Source: Macrostomum hystrix (lineage: Eukaryota; Animalia; Platyhelminthes). From it: a stretch of DNA of 64,000 bases. The translations under genes were made by a program, and so were the position numbers. The notes under the pieces were generated by a model. The model ran no database searches and was not told the DNA's origin. It worked only from the letters and a program-made list of their open reading frames with translations. Location: assembly GCA_950097015.1 (NCBI GenBank), contig CATNEN010000032.1, forward strand, positions 124,001 to 188,000, in the 5' to 3' direction. This document shows positions 29,750 to 42,868 of the stretch, piece by piece (positions within the stretch are counted from its first letter, which is position 1; each line of letters begins with the position of its first letter).

Positions 29750-32700
29750 GCATGTTTCACACCAGAATCATAGCATGTCTCACACCAGAATCATAGCATG
29801 TCTCACACCAGAATCATAGCATGTCTCACACCAGAATCATAGCATGTCTCACACCAGAATCATAGCATGTCTCACACCAGAATCATAGCATGTCTCACAC
29901 CAGAATCATAGCATGTTTCACACCAGAATCATAGCATGTTTCACACTAGAATCATAGCATGTCTCACACCAGAATCATAGCATGTTTCACACCAGAATCA
30001 TAGCATGTCTCACACCAGAATCATAGCATGTTTCACACCAGAATCATAGCATGTTTCACACCAGAATCATAGCATGTCTCACCCCAGAATCATAGCATGT
30101 CTCACACCAGAATCATAGCATGTTTCACACCAGAATCATAGCATGTTTCACACCAGAATCATAGCATGTTTCACACCAGAATCATAGCATGTTTCACACC
30201 AGAATCATAGCATGTTTCACACCAGAATCATAGCATGTCTCACCCCAGAATCATAGCATGTCTCACACCAGAATCATAGCATGTCTCACACCAGAATCAT
30301 AGCATGTCTCACACCAGAATCATAGCATGTCTCACACCAGAATCATAGCATGAATCATAGGATGAATCATAGGATGAATCATAGAAGAATCTGCATGTCT
30401 CCCACCAGAATCATAGCATGTCTCACACCAGAATCATAGCATGTCTCACACCAGAATCATAGCATGTCTCACACCAGAATCATAGCATGTCTCACACCAG
30501 AATCATAGCATGTCTCACACCAGAATCATAGCATGTCTCACACCAGAATCATAGCATGTCTCAGACCAGAATCATAGCATGAATCATAGGATGAATCATA
30601 GAAGAATCTGCATGTCTCCCACCAGAATCATAGCATGTCTCACACCAGAATCATAGCATGTCTCACACCAGAATCATAGCATGTCTCACACCAGAATCAT
30701 AGCATGTCTCACACCAGAATCATAGCATGTCTCACACCAGAATCATAGCATGTCTCACACCAGAATCTGCATGTCTCACACCAGAATCATAGCATGTCTC
30801 ACACCAGAATCATAGCATGTCTCACACCAGAATCATAGCATGTTTCACACCAGAATCATAGCATGTCTCACACCAGAATCATAGCATGTCTCACACCAGA
30901 ATCATAGCATGTTTCACACCAGAATCATAGCATGTCTCACACCAGAATCATAGCATGTCTCACACCAGAATCATAGCATGTCTCACACCAGAATCATAGC
31001 ATGTTTCACACCAGAATCATAGCATGTCTCACACTAGAATCATAGCATGTCTCACACCAGAATCATAGCATGTTTCACACCAGAATCATAGCATGAATCA
31101 TAGGATGAATCATAGAAGAATCTGCATGTCTCACACCAGAATCATAGCATGAATCATAGGATGAATCATAGAAGAATCTGCATGTCTCACACCAGAATCA
31201 TAGCATGTCTCACACCAGAATCATAGCATGTCTCACACCAGAATCATAGCATGTCTCACACCAGAATCATAGCATGTCTCACACCAGAATCATAGCATGT
31301 CTCACACCAGAATCATAGCATGTCTCACACCAGAATCATAGCATGTCTCACACCAGAATCATAGCATGTCTCACACCAGAATCATAGCATGTCTCACACC
31401 AGAATCATAGCATGTCTCACACCAGAATCATAGCATGTCTCACACTAGAATCATAGCATGTCTCACACCAGAATCATAGCATGTTTCACACCAGAATCAT
31501 AGCATGAATCATAGGATGAATCATAGAAGAATCTGCATGTCTCACACCAGAATCATAGCATGAATCATAGGATGAATCATAGAAGAATCTGCATGTCTCA
31601 CACCAGAATCATAGCATGTCTCACACCAGAATCATAGCATGTTTCACACCAGAATCATAGCATGTCTCACACCAGAATCATAGCATGTCTCACACCAGAA
31701 TCATAGCATGTCTCACACCAGAATCATAGCATGTTTCACACCAGAATCATAGCATGAATCATAGGATGAATCAAAGAAGAATCTGCATGTCTCACACCAG
31801 AATCATAGCATGAATCATAGGATGAATCATAGAAGAATCTGCATGTCTCACACCAGAATCATAGCATGTCTCACACCAGAATCATAGCATGTCTCACACC
31901 AAAATCATAGCATGTCTCACACCAGAATCATAGCATGTCTCACACCAGAATCATAGCATGTCTCACACCAGAATCATAGCATGTCTCACACCAGAATCAT
32001 AGCATGTCTCACACTAGAATCATAGCATGTCTCACACCAGAATCATAGCATGTTTCACACCAGAATCATAGCATGAATCATAGGATGAATCATAGAAGAA
32101 TCTGCATGTCTCACACCAGAATCATAGCATGAATCATAGGATGAATCATAGAAGAATCTGCATGTCTCACACCAGAATCATAGCATGTCTCACACCAGAA
32201 TCATAGCATGTCTCACACCAGAATCATAGCATGTCTCACACCAGAATCATAGCATGTCTCACACCAGAATCATAGCATGTCTCACACCAGAATCATAGCA
32301 TGTCTCACACTAGAATCATAGCATGTCTCACACCAGAATCATAGCATGTTTCACACCAGAATCATAGCATGAATCATAGGATGAATCATAGAAGAATCTG
32401 CATGTCTCACACCAGAATCATAGCATGAATCATAGGATGAATCATAGAAGAATCTGCATGTCTCACACCAGAATCATAGCATGTCTCACACCAGAATCAT
32501 AGCATGTTTCACACCAGAATCATAGCATGTCTCACACCAGAATCATAGCATGTCTCACACCAGAATCATAGCATGTCTCACACCAGAATCATAGCATGTT
32601 TCACACCAGAATCATAGCATGAATCATAGGATGAATCAAAGAAGAATCTGCATGTCTCACACCAGAATCATAGCATGAATCATAGGATGAATCATAGAAG

Positions 32701-34918
32701 AATCTGCATGTCTCACACCAGAATCATAGCATGTCTCACACCAGAATCATAGCACGTCTCACACCAAAATCATAGCATGTCTCACACCAGAATCATAGCA
32801 TGTCTCACACCAGAATCATAGCATGTCTCACACCAGAATCATAGCATGTCTCACACCAGAATCATAGCATGTCTCACACTAGAATCATAGCATGTCTCAC
32901 ACCAGAATCATAGCATGTTTCACACCAGAATCATAGCATGAATCATAGGATGAATCATAGAAGAATCTGCATGTCTCACACCAGAATCATAGCATGAATC
33001 ATAGGATGAATCATAGAAGAATCTGCATGTCTCACACCAGAATCATAGCATGTCTCACACCAGAATCATAGCATGTCTCACACCAAAATCATAGCATGTC
33101 TCACACCAGAATCATAGCATGAATCATAGGATGAATCAAAGAAGAATCTGCATGTCTCACACCAGAATCATAGCATGAATCATAGGATGAATCATAGAAG
33201 AATCTGCATGTCTCACACCAGAATCATAGCATGTCTCACACCAGAATCATAGCATGTCTCACACCAAAATCATAGCATGTCTCACACCAGAATCATAGCA
33301 TGTCTCACACCAGAATCATAGCATGTCTCACACCAGAATCATAGCATGTCTCACACCAGAATCATAGCATGTCTCACACTAGAATCATAGCATGTCTCAC
33401 ACCAGAATCATAGCATGTTTCACACCAGAATCATAGCATGAATCATAGGATGAATCATAGAAGAATCTGCATGTCTCACACCAGAATCATAGCATGAATC
33501 ATAGGATGAATCATAGAAGAATCTGCATGTCTCACACCAGAATCATAGCATGTCTCACACCAGAATCATAGCATGTCTCACACCAAAATCATAGCATGTC
33601 TCACACCAGAATCATAGCATGTCTCACACCAGAATCATAGCATGTCTCACACCAGAATCATAGCATGTCTCACACCAGAATCATAGCATGTCTCACACCA
33701 GAATCATAGCATGTCTCACACCAGAATCATAGCATGTCTCACACCAGAATCATAGCATGTTTCACACCAGAATCATAGCATGTCTCACACCAGAATCATA
33801 GCATGTTTCACACCAGAATCATAGCATGTTTCACACCAGAATCATAGCATGTCTCACACCAGAATCATAGCATGTCTCACACCAGAATCATAGCATGTTT
33901 CACACCAGAATCATAGCATGTCTCACACCAGAATCATAGCATGTTTCACACCAGAATCATAGCATGTTTCACACCAGAATCATAGCATGTCTCACACCAG
34001 AATCATAGCATGTCTCACACCAGAATCATAGCATGTCTCACACCAGAATCATAGCATGTCTCACACCAGAATCATAGCATGTCTCACACCAGAATCATAG
34101 CATGTCTCACACCAGAATCATAGCATGTCTCACACCAGAATCATAGCATGAATCATAGGATGAATCATAGAAGAATCTGCATGTCTCACACCAGAATCAT
34201 AGCATGTCTCACACCAGAATCATAGCATGTCTCACACCAGAATCATAGCATGTCTCACACCAGAATCATAGCATGTCTCACACCAGAATCATAGCATGTC
34301 TCACACCAGAATCATAGCATGTCTCACACCAGAATCATAGCATGTCTCACACCAGAATCATAGCATGAATCATAGGATGAATCATAGAAGAATCTGCATG
34401 TCTCACACCAGAATCATAGCATGTCTCACACCAGAATCATAGCATGTCTCACACCAGAATCATAGCATGTTTCACACCAGAATCATAGCATGAATCATAA
34501 GATGAATCATAGAAGAATCTGCATGTCTCACACCAGAATCATAGCATGAATCATAGGATGAATCATAGAAGAATCTGCATGTCTCACACCAGAATCATAG
34601 CATGAATCATAGGATGAATCATAGAAGAATCTGCATGTCTCACACCAGAATCATAGCATGAATCATAGGATGAATCATAGAAGAATCTGCATGTCTCACA
34701 CCAGAATCATAGCATGAATCATAGGATGAATCATAGAAGAATCTGCATGTCTCACACCAGAATCATAGCATGAATCATAGGATGAATCATAGAAGAATCT
34801 GCATGTCTCACACCAGAATCATAGCATGAATCATAGGATGAATCATAGAAGAATCTGCATGTCTCACACCAGAATCATAGCATGAATCATAGGATGAATC
34901 ATAGAAGAATCTGCATGT
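29750..34918. repeat. 23-bp satellite (~5.2 kb) with interspersed 56-bp variant units
   Basis: Unit CATGTCTCACACCAGAATCATAG. The variant block AATCATAGCATG-AATCATAGGATG-AATCATAGAAG-AATCTGCATG-TCTCACACCAG dominates 34490-34918. Confidence 0.97.
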
Positions 34919-35277
34919 TCTGTTCCAAAATGTCAGACGTGTTCAAGTATGAGTAGGCTTTGTCTGTTGAACAAATAAAATGAGTTATTGCCGGGAATTT
35001 TGTCAGGTAAAAAATGTGTATATTTACAGTTGCTTAATCGACACTACAAACTACAAGCTTTATTACGATAGTCGGAAGCTTAAAATACGAATAGATTAGC
35101 TAGCAAAGCTTTGCTAAAATACTTGGCTTCCATTTATTTAGCTTGTTGGCACATTTTTCGTAACATAAATATGCTTTTTACAAGCCAAAGATTACCATTG
35201 TCAACATTGGCAAAAGTAGAAAATTGTTTTACGTAGCGTCATATTTTTGAGGCTGTGAACAGTTTGTCCCCGACCAT

Positions 35278-37066
35278 TTATCGCCGAGGCTTCCTGACGT
35301 TGAGACAGCTATCCAAAAACTTCAGGGCTTCAGTCAGCGGCAGGGAGAGTAAAGAAGAAGAGACAGTCTGGGTATTTTCGAATTCATCAATGTCACTTTC
35401 GTCTGAGCGCTGATTCGCATATTCTTTATTCCGAAGTCGATGCGATTTCAGTTTTTGTTGACCCGAGTCGCCATCCGCATCGGCCGGGAGAGCCTTGTTT
35501 CGGAGCAAGCAGGCTAGATTTTCAATGGCGCTGTTGGCTGCTGCCAGCACATCAGCAGGCGTCAGATGGCGATCATAGCTATGTTCAGGGCTACTGGCGA
35601 TGCTGCTGGCCATGCTTTTGTGCGGTCAAGATTTGCATGTGAATTAGTTCAAGTCGATGTAAAATCAAGATGCAACCTTACCTGTGCGTGTAACTGGCAC
35701 AGCTGCTGTAATTGCGAGCGCTACTGCTATCCTGACTGCTGCTTTGACTGACTGCCGATCTGCCACTACTGAGGGCACTGCAGCAGCTGCTGCTTCTGCT
35801 GGGGATGCTGTTGCTGCTGGTGGTGATGTTGCTGGTGGTGGTGCTGTTGCTGCTGGTGGTGTTGCTGCTGATGCTGCTGTTGCTGCTGGTGGTGTTGCCG
35901 CTGGTGGTGTTGCCGCTGGTGGTGCTGTTGCTGCTGGTGGTGCTGTTGCTGCTGTTGCTGCTTGTGGTGCTGTTGTAGCTGCTGCTGCAGCTTCGAATTG
36001 GGCTAGCCTGCTTACGACTGTCCTGCGGTCCCAGGTATAAAAACCTCCGTGGGATAAATTCATTTTTCTGAATGGTCGTCGCTCGCTCCATGGAATTATT
36101 ACGAGAGCTGTTATGTCTATGCTTGGGCATATTAGAGCCACCTCTTTTCTTGGCATTTCGCTTGCTACTTTCAGATGATTTCGCTTTCGATTGCTTCTTT
36201 GAGTCTTCATGCTTCTTTTTATCAGCCTTCTTTTTATCGGCCTTCTTTTTATCGGCCTTCTTTTTATCGGCCTTCTTTTTATCGGCCCTCTTTTTATCGG
36301 CCCTCTTTTTATCAGCCTTCTCTTTATCAGAACTCTTTATTTCAGCTATCTTTTTATCAGCCTTCTTTTTATCATACTTCTTTATTTCAGCCTTCTTTTT
36401 ATCAACCATCTTTTTATCAGCCTTCTTTATTTCAGCTATATTTTTATCAGCCTTCTCTTTATCAGCCTTCTCTTTATCAGCCTTCTCTTTATCAGCCTTC
36501 TCTTTATCAGCCTTCTCTTTATCAGCCTTCTCTTTATCAGCCTTCTCTTTATCAGACTTCGTTTTATCTGCCATATTTTTAAAAGCCTTCTTTTGATCAG
36601 ACTTCTTTATATCAGACGAATCTGGCGATCTTCTTGACACAGCATTTGGTCTTTCCGGAGGCCCGTATCTCGCCTCGAACTCCGGCTCATCTGTACTGGA
36701 GGAGTGCTGCGCCGGTACAGTTAGTGAGGCTTCTTTCTTTTTTGCATTCTTCCTTGACGACTCCGGTTGGCTACTGATATCATTAACATGTCCGTTACTG
36801 TGGCCACTGTTATTATTCATCGCTCTTTTAAGAATTACTCGCCACACATCTCTATTGTAGCGCCTTCTACACTCCTCAAGCTCATGCCTTACCGGGCCCA
36901 GATTGACGCAGAAATCGACGGGCAACATGGATGGATTAGATTGGGCCGGGCTCCGGTGATGCAATCCCACAAGATCGGCACATGGATAGTGTAATCCATT
37001 TGGTTGAAGCATTCGAGAAAGCGTTCCTCGCCAAGAGCACACCCTCTTGACCATAGACAAGAACAC
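35278..37066 (-). CDS. Hypothetical low-complexity protein with Lys-rich KEKAD/KKKAD repeats and a Ser/Thr/Asn tract
   Basis: ORF 37066-35682 is joined by a 67-bp canonical intron (35681-35615, GTAAGG...AAAG, phase 2) in frame to 35614-35278. Non-repetitive N- and C-terminal segments flank the repeats. The start codon is uncertain and no family is recognised. Confidence 0.6.
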
Positions 37067-37921
37067 ACGAGCGTAGGCACGCGATACTGCGCTCGTACAT
37101 AGTGGTATGCATCAGAATAGTACATAAAATTCTGTAATATTCTGGGTCGTATGTCAGTCAAGGACTACAAAAGTAGACAATACTTGGAATCGATGGGAAA
37201 TTGTTTAAATCCCACTTTTCACAATGATTTCACTTGGAAATGGCAAGGACTACTAGAAGAAGTACGGGGCACTTCGTTTCTTGTAAAGGCAGATTTTCAC
37301 GGAAAAATGCAGTAGCGAGATAGGAATTTTTCACGTTTTTTTCAAATAAAAAAGTTGATAGCAATTTATTGGCAACAAATCCAAGGCTGTTCTTTTAACT
37401 TAACTTGCAAAAACATGTTGCTTGATATAATTTTAAAAAGCTTTATTCAAGAATAATTTATCTTCATTTTCTTTTCGTTTAATTTTCATGAAGCACAATA
37501 GCATCCAATCAGACAGACCAGGTACACTATCGTGTACATATTATACGTGTACCAGGTACACGTAGTCTATGGTCAAAATAGGTTGAACATTTTAGCTAGC
37601 GCTGCCACAGACTGTCAAAATTGGATGCAACGATGTCAATATCGAGTGCACCTTTTCTATAATAGAAAGTAAAAACTTGATTCGGCTTTCGCTAAATGGA
37701 CGCACGTAGAAGGGTACCTTTTCGCTGGGTCTTTTAAAAAGTATTCCACCAAATATGTCTATGGTTTAGACTACTTATCTGGATAAAAAATTGTTGATAT
37801 ACAATTAGAGCATATTTATTGCAGTTCAAATATGAATCCGCAGTTGAAAAGCTATTGTAAGTTTCCTTAGATCAAACAGCAGTGTCCAATAACTCACGAG
37901 CAGCAGCAACAGCCGAGCATC

Positions 37922-39855
37922 ATGGTTGCCGACCAGTTCATCCTCTATGCTCAGAAGTGGAGCCTCGGGCGAACAGCGAATCTGAACGACTATGCGGACA
38001 AATTCCACTACCTGCTCATGCCGATCGTGCTAATACTGTTTGTCTCGCTGACCACAGTAAGGCAGTACGTGTTCCAACCCATTGTCTGCGAGACGGCCAC
38101 TACTCCATCAGGTGTTAATTTTGCCGACTATATCAACAATCTATGCTGGGTGGAAGGCACCTATGCCGAGATCAATTTCGAGGTTGGAAACCTTAGCCTG
38201 AGTGAGGAATTCTGGAGGAAGCAACGCAAAGCGCTTTATTACCAGTGGGTGAGTTGCATTTCACCAAGGTCCTGAGCTCGATTCCGCGGCGAAGCCGTAT
38301 TTATTTGTTTTGCAATTCACGCAGTTAGGGCCAACCTTCAAGGCACAGTGAGTGTGTGCCTGCTAACTGTGCTCAGGAGTAATTGGAATGGGCAGAATTA
38401 CCTCAAATGATGTGCTAGTACCCACAGCACTTCCTGCAAATGTTACTTTATTATACTAATGCATGTACTACGACTAACACATGTGGTATGCAAATAACTA
38501 CCGATTCTCTACGAAATGCAGGTTCCGTTCACCTTGGCGCTACAGGCCACCCTGTACTTTCTGCCACGCCTGCTGTGGCTAGCCTACGTGCACAACCGGG
38601 CCGGACCCGACCTGGAGGCTCTGCTGCAGAGCGCGGCCGAGGCCAACAAAGCAGTCGACTGGCATCTGCGCCAGAGCATCATCAACGGAATCAGTCGCAG
38701 CTTAGACTACATGCTGCGCATGCGGGAGAGTCTCAAGCCCAATCTGCTGCACAATGGCTACGAGAGTCGACGCAGCGCCTGTCGCCAGTATTTTGCAAGA
38801 CGACCGCCTTGCTGCCTAACGATCGTCTACGCTGTCGTGAAGCTGCTGTTCCTAGGCAACGCAATCGGCCAGATGTACCTGATGGGCCGTCAGCTGGATC
38901 CGCACTCGCCCGATCCATTCCTGTTCGGCTTCCGCCTGATAACGGCTGTGCGGCAGGGCAACGACTGGAAGGCGACGAGGCTCTTTCCGAGGTGGGCGCG
39001 GACTGTGTGCATTGTTAGCACCTAAACTATGCACTATTACCCTGCTTTTAGCCAGATGAAACAATTCCATCATCCGGGACACGGAATTTTGACTGAAGGA
39101 AAATTTTAATTACATTGACAGTTGACTGACAGTGACAGTTTATTGACAGTGACAGTTGACTGACAGTGACAGTTGATTGACAGTGACAGTTGACTGACAG
39201 TGACAGTTGATTGACAGTGACAGTTGACTGACAGTGACAGTTGATTGACAGTGACAGTTGACTGACAGTGACAGTTGATTGACAGTGACAGTTGATTTAA
39301 AAATTCGCTGCTTCGCTGCACTCCAGAGTGACCCTGTGCCGAGTGCCGATTCGCCAAGTGGGCACCATCAACATGTACACCGGTCAGTGTATCCTGCCGC
39401 TGAATATGCTAAACGAGAAGATTTACTGCTTCCTGTGGATCGCCTCGTCTGTGGGCGCCGGGCTGAGCTGCCTGTCGATCCTGCAGTGGGCCCTGCGTCT
39501 CGCCTGCGGCCGGGGTCGCTGGCGGCATCACCTGAGGCGCTACCTGCTGATTGGCTCCGAAGGCTCAATGCAGCCCGACATAAGGCGAGTGTACGAATTC
39601 GCCGAGCACTTGCAGACGGACGGACTGTTCCTGCTGCACATGATTCGCCTGAATGTTGGCGAGATTGTGGCCTGCGATGTGACCAATGCGCTTCATGACC
39701 TGTGGCGGAGAAGGCGACCTCTGATGCAAGACCCCGAAGGAGCTGCCGCTGACCTAGTTGATTGCATAACTGCTGCTGCCGATACCGCAGGCTGCAGCCT
39801 AGCAATGGAGCCGGATACTCAGCGGTTGTCTAGGCAACGCAAAACCGCCTATTGA
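37922..39855 (+). CDS. inx: Innexin (invertebrate gap-junction protein), 441 aa
   Basis: Exons 37922-38248, 38522-38991 and 39327-39855. Motifs DDxxD-like LNDYADK, QYVFQPIVC, YINNLCW, YYQWVPF, FPRVTLC, QCILPLNMLNEKIYCFLW, DGLFLLHMI. Confidence 0.96.
38249..38375 (+). mobile_element. tRNA-derived SINE, copy 3 (deleted form, start of innexin intron 1)
   Basis: CACCAAGGTCCTGAGCTCGATTCCGCGGCGAAGCC...GCAATTCACGC...GGGCCAACCTTCAAGGCACAGTGAGTGTGTGCCTGCT matches segments of the copies at 52210 and 53210. Confidence 0.7.
39115..39297. repeat. 18-bp minisatellite, ~10 copies, in innexin intron 2
   Basis: Unit TGACAGTGACAGTTGA(C/T)T. Confidence 0.92.
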
Positions 39856-40235
39856 ACCTCTATTAAAAAAATCACACACCGAATGATCTACGCGAAATCT
39901 CAAATTAGCGTTCGCAACAACACTCTAGATGGCCCAATTTCAAATTGATTTCGACTTCAATTTTCAATCTGAACATGAAAGAATGAAAAACAACGAAACC
40001 GCTATAGGATATTAAAAATAAAAAATTGAAATTTATATTATCTTTTCTAAATAAAACGAGTGCAAAAAAATTGGCATGACAAAATCCATGCCTAAAATTT
40101 CATTTACGAGTGTATTTGCGATTTGATAACCAGTCAGTCGAGCTTAGAAATCTGATTGCACTTAGCTTTCATGTGAGATGATGAACTCAAAATCTGTTCA
40201 AAACCATTTTTAACCACACTAGAGCTGGGGTGGCA

Positions 40236-40375
40236 CAGATCCCACACCAGAGTGTCACGGATCCCACACCAGTGTCACGGATCCCACACCAGAGTGTCAC
40301 GGATCCCACACCAGAGTGTCACGGATCCCACACCAGAGTATCACGGATCCCACACCAGAGTGTCACGGATCCCAG
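40236..40375. repeat. 22-bp tandem repeat x~6 immediately 3' of the ASPDH stop
   Basis: Unit GTCACGGATCCCACACCAGAGT. Confidence 0.9.
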
Positions 40376-40378
40376 AGT

Positions 40379-41302
40379 CTAGCAGGAGCGCACGGCCGGT
40401 CGCCTCGCAGCCCCGGCCGCTCTCAGCACGCTGGCCCGGAAGGCCCGAAACGTGGCGCCGCCGGTGACGGCACCAGGCGCGGCCGGGTTGAACCGGCTGG
40501 TGTACACCCGAAAGCCATCCGGGCCTTCGGCTTCCACCTCGACCAGATGCGCCTCCGGCATGCCCGGATCCGAGCAGAGCCGGCCGACCACGCCGTCGAA
40601 GCCGAGATTGCTGGCGCAGATGGCTGCCGCGGCCATTGTGTTGACATTGTTCGGCGCCAGCGGGCACAGGTCCCGCACCGGGCCCTCGTAGAGCACGACG
40701 AGGCCGGAGCCGGCGGCGGCGGCTTCGTCGTTGCGTCGACGCATCTCCGGATCGGCGAACCGGAAACTCTCCGGCCGCTTCGTCATGCTGACTCGGAGGC
40801 GGCGAAGGCCGCCGCTCTCGGCCAGCCGTTCAATGTCGCGGCCGCCCCACAGAGCGCCGGCCGGCACGAACACAGTTCGCCCGGAGGTCTCGGCTGCGGC
40901 GCGCAGCTCTGCCTCCAGCTGCGAGTCGGCCAGGGCTGTGGGCGATCCGATCAGATAGTCGGCGACACTCAGGAATGCGACGCCGTGCTGCCTGGTGACA
41001 TCCGGATGGGCGACTTCAACGATGAAGTCGGGAGCGCGGGAGGCGAAGTCAGCTAGGTTGGTTAGTTCGAGACCCACCGGCAGGTTGCTAAGGGCGTCGG
41101 TGCGGGTTCGATTCCAAACGAAGACCAGCTCAATGCCCGGCTGGGCGATCAGCTGTTCGTACAGGTACTGGCCCAAGTGGCCGAAGCCCGCGATGCCGAC
41201 GCGGCGAGGGTTGCGGCTTTTCCGGACGGCCGCTGCTTCAGCCAGCTGCTGCTCCTGTGATGCATTGTAGCAAACGAAATACGAGGCAAAATGCTTGAAC
41301 AT
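40379..41302 (-). CDS. ASPDH: Aspartate dehydrogenase domain-containing protein (ASPDH/NadX-like), ~307 aa, coding region apparently uninterrupted
   Basis: Rossmann motif RVGIAGFGHLG, then VFVWNR, IVEVAHP, GSPTALAD, VPAGALWGGRDI and LAPNNVNTMAAAA, as in metazoan ASPDH. The ATG at 41302 is the only in-frame start found. A probable non-coding exon ends at 41944 (CAG|GTAGAT). Confidence 0.85.
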   Translation of the reverse strand: MFKHFASYFVCYNASQEQQLAEAAAVRKSRNPRRVGIAGFGHLGQYLYEQLIAQPGIELVFVWNRTRTDALSNLPVGLELTNLADFASRAPDFIVEVAHPDVTRQHGVAFLSVADYLIGSPTALADSQLEAELRAAAETSGRTVFVPAGALWGGRDIERLAESGGLRRLRVSMTKRPESFRFADPEMRRRNDEAAAAGSGLVVLYEGPVRDLCPLAPNNVNTMAAAAICASNLGFDGVVGRLCSDPGMPEAHLVEVEAEGPDGFRVYTSRFNPAAPGAVTGGATFRAFRASVLRAAGAARRPAVRSC

Positions 41303-41371
41303 CAAAGAGAAAATATCATGAAATGATTATCCCTGTCATCATCAACAGTAACATCATCAGTAACACCATAG

Positions 41372-41941
41372 CTGAATCTCATTGCTGACATGATGATGGT
41401 CCCTGAATCTCATTGCTGACATGATGATGGTCCCTGAATCTCATTGCTGACATGATGATGGTCCCTGAATCTCATTGCTGACATGATGATGGTCCCTGAA
41501 TCTCTTTGCTGACATGATGATGGTCCCTGAATCTCATTGCTGACAATGATGATGGTCCCTGAATCTCATTGCTGACATTATGACGGTCCCTGAATCTCAT
41601 TGCTGACATGATGATGGTCCCTGAATCTCATTGCTGACATGATGATGGTCCCTGAATCTCTTTGCTGACAATGATGATGGTCCCTGAATCTCATTGCTGA
41701 CAATGATGATGGTCCCTGAATCTCATTGCTGACAATGATGATGGTCCCTGAATCTCATTGCTGACATGATGACGGTCCCTGAATGTCATTGCTGACATGA
41801 TGACGGTCCCTGAATCTCATTGCTGACATGATGATGGTCCCTGAATCTCATTGCTGACATGATGATGGTCCCTGAATCTCATTGCTGACATGATGATGGT
41901 CCCTGAATCTCATTGCTGACATGATGATGGTCCCTGAATCT
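41372..41941. repeat. 31-bp minisatellite, ~18 copies (probably in a 5' UTR intron of ASPDH)
   Basis: Unit GAATCTCATTGCTGACATGATGATGGTCCCT. A minus-strand donor at 41943-41942 abuts the array. Confidence 0.92.
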
Positions 41942-42868
41942 ACCTGAACAAGAGTTTTAGATGTTCGCGGTATTACCAAACCTTCCCCAGCCTAATTCAG
42001 ATAATGAGCACTGAAGGAGGGCGCTGCCAGCTAGGCTAGATTTGACACTAGGGCTAGCTTCAACAGCAGCAAATGCAGAGCAGAAAGTAAGCAGAAGAAA
42101 CTGAGACGGAGTCGGCTTGCCAGTCAAAATCACTTGACTCGGACAAAAAGTCCTCTCTCAAAATGTGTTCCACATTATTCATTACAGTAACATATTATAT
42201 TTGAAAGTATCTATCAACACACCAAAATTTTATTAACGAATAAAAGTTTAACAACGATTTAGAAGAAAATATTTCCTATATTACTCGCATCCTAAGTGTC
42301 TGTTGATGACACGGTGCGAATAATACAATAAATCAACTATCGCATCGTACTATACTACATACAGTAGAGTGGCTAGGAAAACAATGCGACAGGCAATTAC
42401 AGGGCGCGTTTTCAAAAGGGAATGAGTCCAGTGACCGAAACGGTTCATGGGTTCGAGATTACGAAAATCCTTTTAACTATCTTAATGCAACGATAAATCT
42501 GATAAGCACAAATTGCCACTGCCTAATTGGAGCAGATTAACTCGAGTAACCGAACTCAATTTCAGAAATTAACGGACTTGTGAGATTAACTGATAAACGT
42601 TACTTAACTAACAAGCTGCTATATTAACGGATTAAGGCCAGCTACCAAACCCGTGCCAATCAACGGACTGCGGCTTTATACACATACTAACGTTAGATGA
42701 TGATCTTACGTTAGTTGCCCAACCTGTTTGAACTAACAGACTGCTGCTCTATTATTGGGTTATTAAGCCTTACTAACTGTTGTTATAAGAAGATGAAGAG
42801 ACGCGAAGGCAGGCAAACAGACAATACTAGCATCTGCACTGTTCTGATCTATGGCATCACAGCTGGCC

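Noticed and set aside
40379-41302. Horizontal transfer of a bacterial nadX (GC-rich, intronless ORF)
   Set aside because: The motifs (EVAHP, GALWG, NTMAAAA) fit metazoan ASPDH, and high exon GC is shared by all host genes here.
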